From NCBI GenBank assembly GCA_965249485.1, contig OZ252239.1, positions 1,216,001 to 1,280,000 of the forward strand: a stretch of DNA of 64,000 bases, read 5' to 3'. Position numbers and translations under genes: made by a program. The notes beneath the pieces are model-generated. The model saw only the letters and a program-made list of their open reading frames with translations. It did no database searches and was not told the DNA's origin. How positions within the stretch are numbered: position 1 is the stretch's first letter; each line of letters starts with the position of its first letter. Below, piece after piece: positions 43,146 through 55,200 of this stretch. This DNA is from a bacterium. Its GTDB lineage: Bacteria; SM23-31.

Positions 43146-44027
43146 ATGCTGACAAGTATGACAGGTTTCAGTCGAAGTGAACGGAAGAAAAACGGTTTTT
43201 CTGTATCGGTAGAAATGCGGTCGCTCAATAACCGCTATCTTGAAATCAGTGTAAAGATTCCCCGGCGTTTCAGTGCGCTCGAGGAAGATATCAGAAACTG
43301 TGTCAGGGAAAATATCTCCCGTGGAAAGGTCGATGTGTTTATTTCATTGGACGGTGTGTCTGAAACAATCGAGGATATCTCTCTGAATCTTAACCTTGCC
43401 AAGAAATATATCGATAGTTTCAAAACACTTGAAAAAACATTTAATGTTCCCGTCTCATTCAACACGGAAAGCCTTTTATCAATTGAGAATCTCTTTGAAC
43501 ATAAAATTTCCAGTGAGCAGATTGAATTTCTGCACAGCCTCATTCTTAAGACGGTGCAAGATGCTTTGAAAGAATTAAAAAAACACAGACGAGAGGAAGG
43601 AAAAAATCTCGGTGAAGATTTTAGAGAGCGATTAACGGTTGTCGCACAGTCACTACAAGGAATAAAAAAAGTATTCAAGTCACGGCACAATGAGGATTTT
43701 GATAAACTACAGAAACGGATTGAATCCACGTTAAAAAATGTTGAGAAAATAGATCCTCAGCGGCTCGAGATGGAAGCCGCCATGATGGCCGATAAATTCG
43801 ATATATCAGAAGAGTGTGTGCGGCTCGACAGCCATTTAAAAATGTTTAAGGAATCACTCTCCGACAGTAGTTCGGTCGGCCGGCGCCTTGAGTTCATTCT
43901 ACAGGAAATAAATCGCGAAACAAACACGATTAGTGCAAAGAGTAATAATATACAAATTGCTCAGGAAGTGGTTAAAATTAAAGAAGAGATTGAACGGTTT
44001 AAAGAGCAGGTTAGAAATATCGAATGA
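43146..44027 (+). CDS. yicC: YicC/YloC family endoribonuclease
   Basis: SMTGF, RGKVD, EECVRLDSH, QEINRETNTISAK, KEQVRNIE. Confidence 0.93.
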   Translation: MLTSMTGFSRSERKKNGFSVSVEMRSLNNRYLEISVKIPRRFSALEEDIRNCVRENISRGKVDVFISLDGVSETIEDISLNLNLAKKYIDSFKTLEKTFNVPVSFNTESLLSIENLFEHKISSEQIEFLHSLILKTVQDALKELKKHRREEGKNLGEDFRERLTVVAQSLQGIKKVFKSRHNEDFDKLQKRIESTLKNVEKIDPQRLEMEAAMMADKFDISEECVRLDSHLKMFKESLSDSSSVGRRLEFILQEINRETNTISAKSNNIQIAQEVVKIKEEIERFKEQVRNIE

Positions 44028-44632
44028 GCAAACCGGATTACAACGAATTCCGGGAAACGGACCGTACTATTATCCGACCAACACTCCTTGTGCTGTCGGG
44101 ATTTTCGGGAACCGGTAAATCAACAATCCGTGATAAAGTCATGAAAAAAATCCCCAAAGCACAATTTTCATTATCTGTAACAACTCGGCCCCGGAGAAAA
44201 CATGAACAGGAAGGAATAGATTACTACTTCATCAGGAGCGAATCATTTCAGGAAATGATCCGGAATAATGAAATGCTTGAGTGGGAAGAGGTGCATACAA
44301 ATTTCTACGGTACTCCGTTGAAGCCTGTTGAGCACGCGTTGAAAAAGCCTGGACTTTTCATATTCGATATTGACGTTCATGGTGGACTATCCATTAAAAG
44401 CCGTTTTCCCGATGCAGTTCTTATTTTTCTCAATACTCCGGATTTGGATATATTGAAGCAGCGTCTTGTAGACAGGCACACCGACAGCCCGGAGCAGATA
44501 GAGCAGCGATTAAACAGGATTCCGAAAGAACTCGAAATGTCGAAACAGTATGATCATATTGTCATTAATGATGACAGCGACAGGGCGGCAGATGAAATAT
44601 GCGGAATAATTTTTGATTTTCAGAAGCAGTAA
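44024..44632 (+). CDS. gmk: Guanylate kinase
   Basis: LSGFSGTGKST, TTRPRR, EVHTNFYGT, DIDVHGG. Confidence 0.94.
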   Translation: MSKPDYNEFRETDRTIIRPTLLVLSGFSGTGKSTIRDKVMKKIPKAQFSLSVTTRPRRKHEQEGIDYYFIRSESFQEMIRNNEMLEWEEVHTNFYGTPLKPVEHALKKPGLFIFDIDVHGGLSIKSRFPDAVLIFLNTPDLDILKQRLVDRHTDSPEQIEQRLNRIPKELEMSKQYDHIVINDDSDRAADEICGIIFDFQKQ

Positions 44633-44695
44633 ATCACAAAAAGTGTATATTGTGAATGAGTACTCAACCAATTTTGATGCAACGTTGATAATGAC

Positions 44696-45898
44696 ATGAT
44701 TTTCCGAAATAAAAAAATTCTCATTGGTATTGCCGGCGGAATTGCGGCGTATAAAATTCCATATCTTGTCCGGATGATCAAGACAATGGGCGGGGAAGTA
44801 AAAACAATTTTGACCCGGTCGGGTGAGCAGTTTGTCACAAAAACCACACTGGCAACCCTGTCGGAAGAGCCGGTAGCTTACGATGTATTTGATTCTGAGA
44901 TACCGGATAAAATTCAGCATATTGATCTTGCACGCTGGGCCGATTGCTTTGTGATTGCCCCCGCTACAGCTAATATCGTTGCCAAAGCCGCACATGGAAT
45001 TGCCGATGATATTCTTTCGACCATAATCGTGTCGTATCAAGGTTCGATACTCTTTGCGCCCGCGATGCATGATGAGATGTGGAAAAACTGCGTCACGCAA
45101 GACAATATCAAAAAACTGCTCAAACAAGGTCATGAAATCGTTCCACCGGAGTTCGGAAATCTTGCCAGCGATACCGTCGGAATGGGCCGGCTGGCAGAAC
45201 TCGAAACAATTGAGCAGGCAATTATTAAAAAGCTCAATATTAAGCTTGACCTAAATGGAAAAAAAATCCTCATCACCGCCGGGCGGACCGAAGAGGCAAT
45301 CGACCCGGTCAGATATATTAGTAACCATTCGAGCGGAAAGATGGGAGCGGCACTTGCCGAAGCCGCTGTAGAACGCGGTGCTGCAGTCACCGTCATATCT
45401 GGAATTCGTACGGTTCCGTTTCCTGGAGAGGCATCTGTTATTGAAGCACCAACTACTCAGAAAATGGCGAAAGCCGTTAAAAAAGAACTGGGTAACCACG
45501 ATGTACTGCTCATGGCAGCCGCAGTAACAGACTATCGGCCTAAAAAGATTTCAAAAGAGAAAATCAAAAAGGGTTCTGCAAATGTCCTCTCACTGGAACT
45601 TGAAACTACCGAAGATATCCTCGGCAGTATAAAAGACCTCAAAAATAACACTTTTATTGCTGGATTTTCGGTCGAGACACACAATGAAATTGCAAATTCA
45701 CGCAAAAAATTGAGTGAAAAAAATCTTGATCTTGTTATTATCAATAATCCGCTTGAACCCGGAGCCGGTTTTGGTGTCGATACCAATAAAGTAACACTTC
45801 TTGAGGCTGGGAAAAAGGCTCAACACCTTCCGCTGCTGTCGAAACGGGATGTTGCCGACCGCATCTTTGACCGTATTGTTGCACGGTTAAAATTGTAA
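44696..45898 (+). CDS. coaBC: Bifunctional phosphopantothenoylcysteine decarboxylase / ligase
   Basis: GGIAAYK, APATAN, APAMH, IDPVRYISNHSSGKMG. Confidence 0.96.
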   Translation: MIFRNKKILIGIAGGIAAYKIPYLVRMIKTMGGEVKTILTRSGEQFVTKTTLATLSEEPVAYDVFDSEIPDKIQHIDLARWADCFVIAPATANIVAKAAHGIADDILSTIIVSYQGSILFAPAMHDEMWKNCVTQDNIKKLLKQGHEIVPPEFGNLASDTVGMGRLAELETIEQAIIKKLNIKLDLNGKKILITAGRTEEAIDPVRYISNHSSGKMGAALAEAAVERGAAVTVISGIRTVPFPGEASVIEAPTTQKMAKAVKKELGNHDVLLMAAAVTDYRPKKISKEKIKKGSANVLSLELETTEDILGSIKDLKNNTFIAGFSVETHNEIANSRKKLSEKNLDLVIINNPLEPGAGFGVDTNKVTLLEAGKKAQHLPLLSKRDVADRIFDRIVARLKL

Positions 45899-45973
45899 TA
45901 GCTTTCAGACCAGATTCCATTCAGACAAATTTTATCACCGAATGCGTATTAACAATCTCATAGCGTAATTAGA

Positions 45974-46789
45974 ATGAATGTTACTATAAACGGAAACACA
46001 ATCTTCTACCGAGAAGCTGGCTCAGCGTCAAAATACTTTCTTGTTTTTATACATGGCTTTCCACTGAATCATGCTATGTGGAATCCCCAATTGGAAAGGC
46101 TTCCTGAGGGTGTCCGGGCAGTAGCATACGATGTCCGCGGTCACGGTAATAGCAGTGTTGGTGATGGTCAATTCTCACTGGAGTTTCTTGTTGACGATCT
46201 AATCGGACTGCTTGACCATCTTAATGTAGAAAAAGTGATTCTATGCGGTTTATCGATGGGGGGTTATATTGCGCTCCGGGCAGTTGAGCGTCATCCGGAA
46301 CGGTTCATGGGACTAGTTTTGTGCGATACGCAGAGCCATGCTGATACAAATGAAGCAAAGATCAAGCGGGCTAATGCAATCCGGTTAATCAAAAACGGGG
46401 GTATTAAAGAGTTTGCCGACAATTTTATAAATTTGATCCTTGCTAAAAAAACCGTCAGCGAGAACAATAAGATTGTAGAGCAGCTTCGCGATATGATACT
46501 GCACAACGATCCACTCGGCGTGTGCGGTACCTTCATGGCACTTGGAGCACGGACAGACACATCACAGTCGTTGCCATCTTTTTCTCTTCCTGTTTCGATT
46601 GTTGTGGGAGAAAATGATGCGTTGACTCCGCCGTCAATGTCTGATTTTATGCATAGAAAAATCCCCCGCTCGGAATTGAATAGTATACCGGCGGCTGGTC
46701 ACATGAGCAACATGGAAAACGCAGAGGCATTTAACGAAGTTTTGTATCGATTTGTTGCTAATGTGATGAACGATCTTAGTGATAATTGA
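45974..46789 (+). CDS. Alpha/beta hydrolase (3-oxoadipate enol-lactonase-like)
   Basis: HGFP, GLSMGG nucleophile, GENDALTP, AGHMS. Confidence 0.88.
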   Translation: MNVTINGNTIFYREAGSASKYFLVFIHGFPLNHAMWNPQLERLPEGVRAVAYDVRGHGNSSVGDGQFSLEFLVDDLIGLLDHLNVEKVILCGLSMGGYIALRAVERHPERFMGLVLCDTQSHADTNEAKIKRANAIRLIKNGGIKEFADNFINLILAKKTVSENNKIVEQLRDMILHNDPLGVCGTFMALGARTDTSQSLPSFSLPVSIVVGENDALTPPSMSDFMHRKIPRSELNSIPAAGHMSNMENAEAFNEVLYRFVANVMNDLSDN

Positions 46790-46983
46790 GAAGCTTGTAC
46801 ACTACCGTATAAAATCCAGTAAATGCCCGGTTTTTCCACATATTATCCACGTATATTTGTCCACTTTTCCACGCAAATTTACTTTTTATTCACACCTGAG
46901 AAATGTCCTTGCATTTCGAGCGGTATATGGTTACTATCAACAAATTCGATACTTGTTTGTGAACATGTAATTTTGAGCATACC

Positions 46984-47781
46984 ATGCCATCTGCCGTAAA
47001 CAAAACAGACCTAATTAAATCCTATTTACAGCAGCAAAAGGAATTATTAGGAGATACGGTATATCTGGAGCAGTCGAGAGGAGAAAAAATCGGAAAAACA
47101 ACATATGATGATGCATCCGAAAGCACGAATAATGATGTTCGGATAGTATCCGATGTGGGAACTGAGAATGCATGGAAGAATGAATCATGGCGCGCAATTG
47201 ACGACCTGGAAGAATTTCATAATGCAATATCCGGCTGCATGCAGTGCTCACTTGGAGAAACACGGAATAAATTTGTATTTGGAGGCGGAAATCCTCATGC
47301 TGATTTGATGTTTATAGGAGAAGCGCCGGGAGCCGAAGAAGATAAGAAAGGAATTCCATTTGTCGGTCGTGCAGGGCAGCTGCTCGATAAAATATTAAGC
47401 GCAATTGATCTTGAACGTTCTGATGTCTATATTGCAAATATATTAAAATGCAGACCACCTCAAAATCGTGATCCGCAGCCGGGAGAAATTGCCTGCTGTG
47501 AACCGTATCTACTGCATCAGATTAAACTGATTAATCCGGCCCTGATGGTAGCGTTGGGAAGGGTTGCCGCCCAGACATTGCTGAGAACGACCGAAACACT
47601 CGGAGCAATGCGCGGCACGATTCATGACTACCACGGAACCGATCTCATGGTCACATATCATCCCGCAGCATTGTTGCGAAATCCCAATTTCAAACGTCCG
47701 GCTTGGGAGGACATGAAAGAGATAAAGCGGCTCTACTTGGATAAACGGAATAATGTTGAATTGAAAACAAACACTATATGA
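46984..47781 (+). CDS. Uracil-DNA glycosylase family 4
   Basis: [30 protein letters not shown]. Confidence 0.93.
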   Translation: MPSAVNKTDLIKSYLQQQKELLGDTVYLEQSRGEKIGKTTYDDASESTNNDVRIVSDVGTENAWKNESWRAIDDLEEFHNAISGCMQCSLGETRNKFVFGGGNPHADLMFIGEAPGAEEDKKGIPFVGRAGQLLDKILSAIDLERSDVYIANILKCRPPQNRDPQPGEIACCEPYLLHQIKLINPALMVALGRVAAQTLLRTTETLGAMRGTIHDYHGTDLMVTYHPAALLRNPNFKRPAWEDMKEIKRLYLDKRNNVELKTNTI

Positions 47782-47832
47782 TGTAATCAATGTGCAATAA
47801 ACTTATTTGAAAAAGAAGTTAGTGACGTATTT

Positions 47833-49200
47833 ATGGAAAAATCAGAACTGAAAGAACGGATACCACCGCAGGCAGACGATTTTGAAAAAGCACTTCTTGG
47901 GGCAGTTATGCAGTATAAGGATGCGGTTTTTCAGGTGATGGAACTCCTGAAACCGGAACAATTTTATAAGACGGCTCACCAGAAGATATTCAGTGCAATA
48001 TGTGCACTTTTCAATAAAAGTGATGCAATCGATGCGTTAACAGTCGGAGAGCAACTAAAAAAAGATGGTGAATATGATAATATAGGAGGGGGGTATTATC
48101 TCACCGAATGCCTGGAACAGGAAATGACATTTGCTAATGTGGAATATTACGCAAAGGTCATTCTGGAAAAGGCTATGCTTCGGAGTATGATCGAAATATC
48201 CCGCGATATCATGGATTCGGGATATGAAGGTCGTGAAGATGCGCAATCACTGCTTGACGAAGCAGAGCGGAAAATCATGAGTATCGGTGAAATCGGTATG
48301 AAAAGCGGTTTCGAAAATATCAGACCGATCCTCCATGATACAATGGATATTCTCGATAAAAACAATAATCGGGACGGACATCTTATCGGTATACCTTCGG
48401 GATTTACAAAACTTGATGAATTAACGGCCGGATTTCAGAATTCAGATTTAATTGTTATTGCCGGCCGGCCTTCAATGGGAAAAACCGCATTCAGTCTCAA
48501 TCTTGCTCGATATGCTGCTGTCGAACACAAAATTGCTGTTGGATTTTTCAGTCTCGAAATGTCAAAATTTCAACTCGCTTCGCGGCTGCTCAGTTGTGAA
48601 GCGCGAATCGATTCGAACAACCTTCGCCGGGGAAGGCTGCAGAAAAAAGAGTGGCCGGAATTAGCCGCTGCCGCCGGAGCGCTGTCGGATGCACCGCTCT
48701 TTATCGACGACACAGCATCTCTGAGTGTGTTTGAATTACGGGCAAAAGCGCGTCGTTTAAAAATAGAACATAATATGGGACTGTTGGTTGTTGACTATCT
48801 ACAGCTTATGCAGGGGTCGTACGGCAAAGAGAGCAGGCAGCAGGAAATTGCTGAAATATCCCGGTCATTAAAAGCTGTTGCCAAAGAGCTTGAAATCCCG
48901 GTTATGGCCCTCTCTCAACTCTCCCGTCAGCCGGAATTACGCGGCGGCAACAGAAAACCGATGCTTTCCGACCTGCGTGAATCAGGAGCTATTGAACAGG
49001 ATGCTGATGTGGTTATTTTCATCTATAGGCCTGAGGTCTATGATATTGAGTCTGACGCAGATGGACGTTCGACCGAAAACGTTGCAGAAATTATTATTGG
49101 AAAGCAGCGTAATGGACCGACGGGAATCGTTTACCTTACCTTCCTCAAAAACACTGCCAGATTTGAGAATATTGCTTACGAAGAAGAAATAACGATATGA
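47833..49200 (+). CDS. dnaB: Replicative DNA helicase DnaB
   Basis: AGRPSMGKT, FFSLEM, VDYLQL, LSDLRESGAIEQDAD, KQRNGP. Confidence 0.97.
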   Translation: MEKSELKERIPPQADDFEKALLGAVMQYKDAVFQVMELLKPEQFYKTAHQKIFSAICALFNKSDAIDALTVGEQLKKDGEYDNIGGGYYLTECLEQEMTFANVEYYAKVILEKAMLRSMIEISRDIMDSGYEGREDAQSLLDEAERKIMSIGEIGMKSGFENIRPILHDTMDILDKNNNRDGHLIGIPSGFTKLDELTAGFQNSDLIVIAGRPSMGKTAFSLNLARYAAVEHKIAVGFFSLEMSKFQLASRLLSCEARIDSNNLRRGRLQKKEWPELAAAAGALSDAPLFIDDTASLSVFELRAKARRLKIEHNMGLLVVDYLQLMQGSYGKESRQQEIAEISRSLKAVAKELEIPVMALSQLSRQPELRGGNRKPMLSDLRESGAIEQDADVVIFIYRPEVYDIESDADGRSTENVAEIIIGKQRNGPTGIVYLTFLKNTARFENIAYEEEITI

Positions 49201-49228
49201 ATGCATACTAAGTGATTTTTGAATACAC

Positions 49229-49263
49229 AAAGGGGTGAAGATAAACTTCACCCCTTTTTTTGT
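49229..49263 (+). terminator. Intrinsic terminator between convergent dnaB and the giant secreted-protein gene (probably bidirectional)
   Basis: AAAGGGGTGAAG-ATAAA-CTTCACCCCTTTTTTTGT. Confidence 0.85.
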
Positions 49264-49295
49264 ACCGGTCACCACACTGCCTTACCTGAGCCCAC

Positions 49296-52200
49296 CTATT
49301 TTATGAATAGCATCTTATTAGAATCGAAGAAACCCGACGAAGATCGTAATACGTAAAAATAGACACCTGATCCTACCGGTATGCCGTTACTATCTCGACC
49401 GTTCCACTCAATATAATGGATGCCTTGGGAAAATGTTTCATCTGCAAGTGTCGCAATCTCTCTACCGAGAACATTGTAAATCTTGAGTGTAATCAAAGAT
49501 GTTGAAGGTTGAGAGAAAGTTATCGTCGTTGTCGGATTAAATGGATTCGGATAATTTTGTCTTAACTCAAATTGAGTCGGCACAAAACGATTTACATGGT
49601 CGACACTCGTAATTAATTCTTCTGATGAGCTGGTAAGTGCCCACAGCGAAAAATGATTGGTATTAACGTTTATCTTATTATTGAATTTATCAACTGTTCC
49701 AGTTACGATCCGCCACCGGACTTCAATGGTGTCGTAATAGCTTATTGCGAGGCTGTCTTCATTCAATCCGAGTCCGGTAATCATATCATCACTATAGCCG
49801 AATGTCAGTTCAACCTGGAAATCTTCAACATCGAGTTCAATATCATAATAGAATACTACCTTTTCAAATACGGGTACATCTGGGAATTCTTCCGTAATTA
49901 TTTTCACCTGTTTCACCTTTAACTTCCGGTTAGCGACTTCGCCCTCTTTGAAATCGAGTGCAAGTGATGTTTCGTTTGAAAAGGTGAGCATAACAATTGC
50001 GGAGTCAGTCGGAACAGTTACCAATTCCACACTGTCTGGCTCGGTGACTATTGCAACAGTTTCCGCTTTAATTACCGTTGAGACTGTTTGAATGTTTGAA
50101 ATTTGAGTAAACAATCCGTCACCATACGTTCCATCACCTTGTAAATACTCCGCTGAAGCAAAATACTCGATTCTTTCACTTGTATCCCAGATTCTGAAAA
50201 GTATGTCATTTCCCTCAATATAGCCGTCTTGTATGTCAGTTTGAGAATCGTCCATCCATGCCCAGAGATCGAGTGGAAATTCTCCTTCAAAAACCCGTGC
50301 ACCAATGTTAATGGTATCTCCCTCTGCAGTTACATCGAACATACCGATTTCGTCACCTGATTCGATTGAAACACCATTGATTTCCGCTGCATTTATGAGG
50401 ATGCTGTACGTATCACCGGTGCGGGCAGCAAAAGTGTAAAAGGGTCTGTCATTGAAGATAGTCTCTTGAATAGCATTCTTGTACATACTATTGATACCGT
50501 TTTCTGCAATGATCCTTGGCGCAGCTATTTTTGCAGTTTCACTGTAGGAGAATTTTCGTGAAGATTTCATATAGATCGAGTATCCCTGACCCGGAATTAA
50601 ATCTTCTATACTATTAATTAAATCGGGAACATAAAATTCACCGTCATTATTCTGGACAATTATTAGTCTGTCCTCAAGAGAGGAATACGCTGAAGTTATG
50701 GGAGAAGGTTCTCTAAAATAAACAGGAATATAGTTCCATTTTGGCAGCAGATGGATCTGAGTTGAGAGATTGATGGTAGTACCGGAGATTTCGAGCGAAT
50801 CGGTTTCGTTCATATACATTTTATATCCGTCTGTTATATCCCACTCTTTAATTCCATCAAATAAACCGGGAATATAGAACCGCCCTCTGTCATTTTTCAT
50901 GATTGCCAAATTATCACCGATACCATTTGTAATGTTATCGATATCAAGTGTATCAGGGAGCAGATAACTTGAAATGAGATTCCAACCCTGGACAAGACTG
51001 ATAGTCTGTTCTCCTCTCAGTTCAATCGCGAGTGAAAGTTGCGCAAAACCGCCGGTTTCAAAATCTCCGTCCCCTTCCAGAATCGAATATGGTTCTGCCC
51101 ATAATTCATTGTCAGTAGCAGTGTCGTACACTTTGAACAGCATCAGTCCGCCCTTTTTGTAACCATCAGTTTCCGCTGTCTGAGGATCGTCTTTCCATGC
51201 TGTCAGTCCTATCGGGAACGAGCCGTCAAAAATTGTGGCACCGACAACGAGGTCATTGTCAAAGACCGCTATCTCATCTCCGATATCGAGATCGTTAAAA
51301 TCAACGGTATCGATCACAATACTGTAACTTTGACCGGTGTGAGTTGTATAAGCAAAGTGTGAAGATAGAAGCACATTCACAATCGTATCAAGCGTATCGG
51401 GAAGGTCGTCCGGGTCGGCGACACGTATCGATATAGAGGATGAGCCGGTATCGGTAAAAGCTGGTGTTCCGCTTACAACACCGAGACTATCCAACGACAG
51501 CCACTCGGGACCCTCAAGGAGAGTAAAAGTAAAGACCGAATCGGAAACATCGACATCCTCAACATAAATAGTGTCTAAATAGAATGTATTCATAAGAGCA
51601 TCGTTGAGCGACGTATTCAAAACAACCGGTGCATCGTTGACATTGATGACATCAATTGTCGTAACAAGACTATCGGTAAATTGATTTACAGAATCGAAAG
51701 CAGTAATTGTTATTAAAATGTCTTGACCAACATCGTCATTTGTTGGTGTCCCTGAAAGCAAGCCCAGAGAATCGATTGTTGTGATAGAAAGCCATTGCGG
51801 ACCTACGACAAGTGAGAACTGAACGGTAGTGCCTATCGAATCATTTAAGGTAGTAAAAACTGTATCAGCATACGGTTCATCCTCAACAGCAAAAACAAGT
51901 GAGTCGGTGAGGATCTTGAGGCTATCCATTAATGCTCTTTCCTGTGAAATTCCAAACAATAGCACGTTGAATATAGCATCAGACACATCATCAGTAAAAA
52001 CAGAAAGTGTTGCATCAAAGGGATTACTAAAGTGTCTTGCTTCATTTGGTGAAAATTCGATAGTGAAAGTCAAGCTATCGTCTACCGGGATTGTTTGTGG
52101 AAAACTTTCAGGTTCGATAACATTGAATGCATCGGAACTGAAATTATATATACTGGTTATTACAAATGGACTATTTCTATGATTTTCAATACTAAAACTG

Positions 52201-55200
52201 AGTTCCTCAGTGTCGTTGGTGTTAATACCTCCAAAATATTGGCCATCGAACAATCCTTTAGAATTTAGAAAATAATCTGTCAAGGAATATTCAGGAATAC
52301 CCTGGATGGTAGGTGTTGCTCCGATATTGGTTCCATTTTCCCCTGCGCCAAGTACAGGGGAATTCAATGCGGGAACAAATTCCCCATGGAATAGTGGATC
52401 CGACGAAATTTCGCCGGTTCCGAGAATGGGACTAAAGGTTCCGCCTTCATTGAGGCTGTAATTAGTGTTATTGTTATAGAGATCATTATGTGATATTTCG
52501 ACATTGCCGGTGCTGGATGAGTTAATCGCTTTGTCGTAGTTCATGATAATGTTATTCTTAATAGTTCCGCCTATTGAACCATTCGAAACAGCAATACCTA
52601 CTTTATCACCCACAAACGTATTGTGAGAAATGAGGACAATTGAATTTTGCGCCACACTAACGCTGACATATGAGTCATAATACGCGGATTGTAAGAATAT
52701 ATTGTTCTGTATGAAAATTGAATCTGCAGAACTGTGTACCAATATTCCCAAAAAGTTAGATGTATTAATAATAATATTATCTTCAATAATATTGTAGTAT
52801 CCTGTCACATTAATGCTATGACCACCGCCTTTTACTAAGACATCTTTTACCGTAATACTGTCTCCAATGACATTTACGGTAATTGCTGACGACCCCCCCG
52901 GAGTATGTGGTTCTATCGTTACGGAATCTGCGGAAAGACCTTTCAATACCATTCTATTTTTATCAAGTGTCAGAATTTCTTCATATATACCTGTGTCTAC
53001 GAAGAGTGTATCACCTGGATTGATTACCTGATATCCGCGATTAATTGTGAGGTATGGATTAAACTCAGTTCCATCAACGGTATCGTCATCTCCGGATTTT
53101 GATACGTAAACAGTCCCGAATATCTTCGGTTGGATCGAATATCCCTGTCCAGCCAGAGAAACAACGATCGATGTATCTGCTGTAGATACAATGATCGAAT
53201 CGGAGTAGGCTGAGTCAGCAGTAGGAGAAAAGGTAATAGTCACCACAGCACTATCGAGAGAGAGGACTGTAATTGCAGATGAATCCAAATCAAATGGATT
53301 GCTGGGACTACTTAATGCAACCTCTATAGAATCACTGCTGCTGTTTTGAATTGTGAAGGAAAGGGTATCGCTATCACCGACAAGCACACTGTCAAAATTA
53401 AGTGACGTTGTGAGGATAGTGATGCTGTCCGGCATTTGCTCAATCACACTCACAACGAATGAACTGTCTGTAACTCCACCCCGCCGGTCATACAGCTGCA
53501 GCCTAATAGTACTGTCGCCTATATGATCTTCCTGAGGAGTGAATGAGATAATACCTGCGAGGGAATCAACCGATACATTATAAGGTGATAAGGGATTTGC
53601 CCACTCCTCGAGTACAGTATAGGTTAGCTCGTCACCATCCGGATCCCACGCATGTATCTGACGGGTAAATGGCTGTCCGACCACCGCAACCGTATCAGTC
53701 AAGGATACAAACTCCGGTGGTCCTGTTATTGGTGGAATCGGCGATAATTGTCAGGGTAAATATATTTGAAGCTACAGAACTTTGACCGTCTGAAACCCGC
53801 ACACTAACATAATTCAGCCCAAAATCGCCGTACGTGACATGCGAATATGAAATCAAACCTGTTAAGGAATCGATTACCATAGACCACAGCGAGCCCCCAT
53901 TGAAAGTCAGAGAATATTCTAAGGAGTCCCCGTCTGCATCCAATGCATACACCTGACGTGTAAATGGTTGTCCAGCTATTATCGTTGTGTCGGTCAGTGC
54001 GGTAATTACCGGTATACTGTTTATACTATCCGCAATAACATCAATAGTCGTTACAAGTGAATCAGTAAGCCCGCCTGAATCGGTAACTTTGATCGAAACG
54101 GGTATGTCGATACCAACATCTTCTGTACCTGGTGTTCCTGAGAGTTCACCGGATATATTGATTGACAACCAAGAGGGATTAATAATTCCAGGTGACCATA
54201 CTGGAGAATGTTCATCAGCAGGATTATTAGTTAATCTGGTTTGATTTGATCCGTCTGCATCCATGACATAGATCGCAGCATCACCTTCTCTGAATGAACT
54301 GAACACGATCTTGGAGCCATCAGGAGACCAGGTGGGGTCAGCATCATCAAGGGGACTATTTGTCAATCTGATTTGATTGGAACCATCTGCATCCATAACA
54401 TAGATTTCGAAGTCACCATCTCTATTTGAAATAAAGGCAACCTTATTTATCGATTGTGATGTCAATTCATAAGTCAACACATCACCCATATCCGGGTCGG
54501 TCGCCTCAACAGTGTGGGAATAGAGCTGCCCTTCATACGCATCGGGCAGCGAGGTTGTAACAATCTGTGGTGGTTGGTTATCGCTCAGTACATTAATAGC
54601 AGTGGCAAGTGAATCTGATGAGCCCGTGCTGGAATCCAAAACCGATAGAGTAATTGGAATATTCGTTCCGGCATGTTCAGATGATGGAGTTCCTTGAAGA
54701 ATACCCAATGAATCAATACGATACATAGAGAGCCACTCCGGCTTTGTCGTCAGATTAAACCCTATTGAATCGACATTTTCATAACCAACCGCATATACCG
54801 TATCGCTATAAAATTCTCCGACAACAGCATCCTTGAGAGATGTTGTGAGGATAGTGATACTGTCCGGTTCCTGTTCTATGACACTTACGACGAATGTACT
54901 ATCAACAACACCACCCCGCCGGTCATACAGCTGCAGCCTAATAGTACTGTCACCTATATGAGATTCCTGAGGAGTGACTGAGATAATACCTGTGAGGGAA
55001 TCAACCGATATAATGTAATATTGTATAGGACTTGGCCACTCGTAGAGTACAGAATAGGTTAGCTCGTCTCCATCCGGATCCCATGCGTGTATCTGACGGG
55101 TAAACGGCTGCCCGACAACCGCAACGGTATCCGTTAAGGATAAAAACTCCGGTGGTCCTGTATTGGTGGAATCGGCGATAATTGTCAGGGTAAATGTGTT

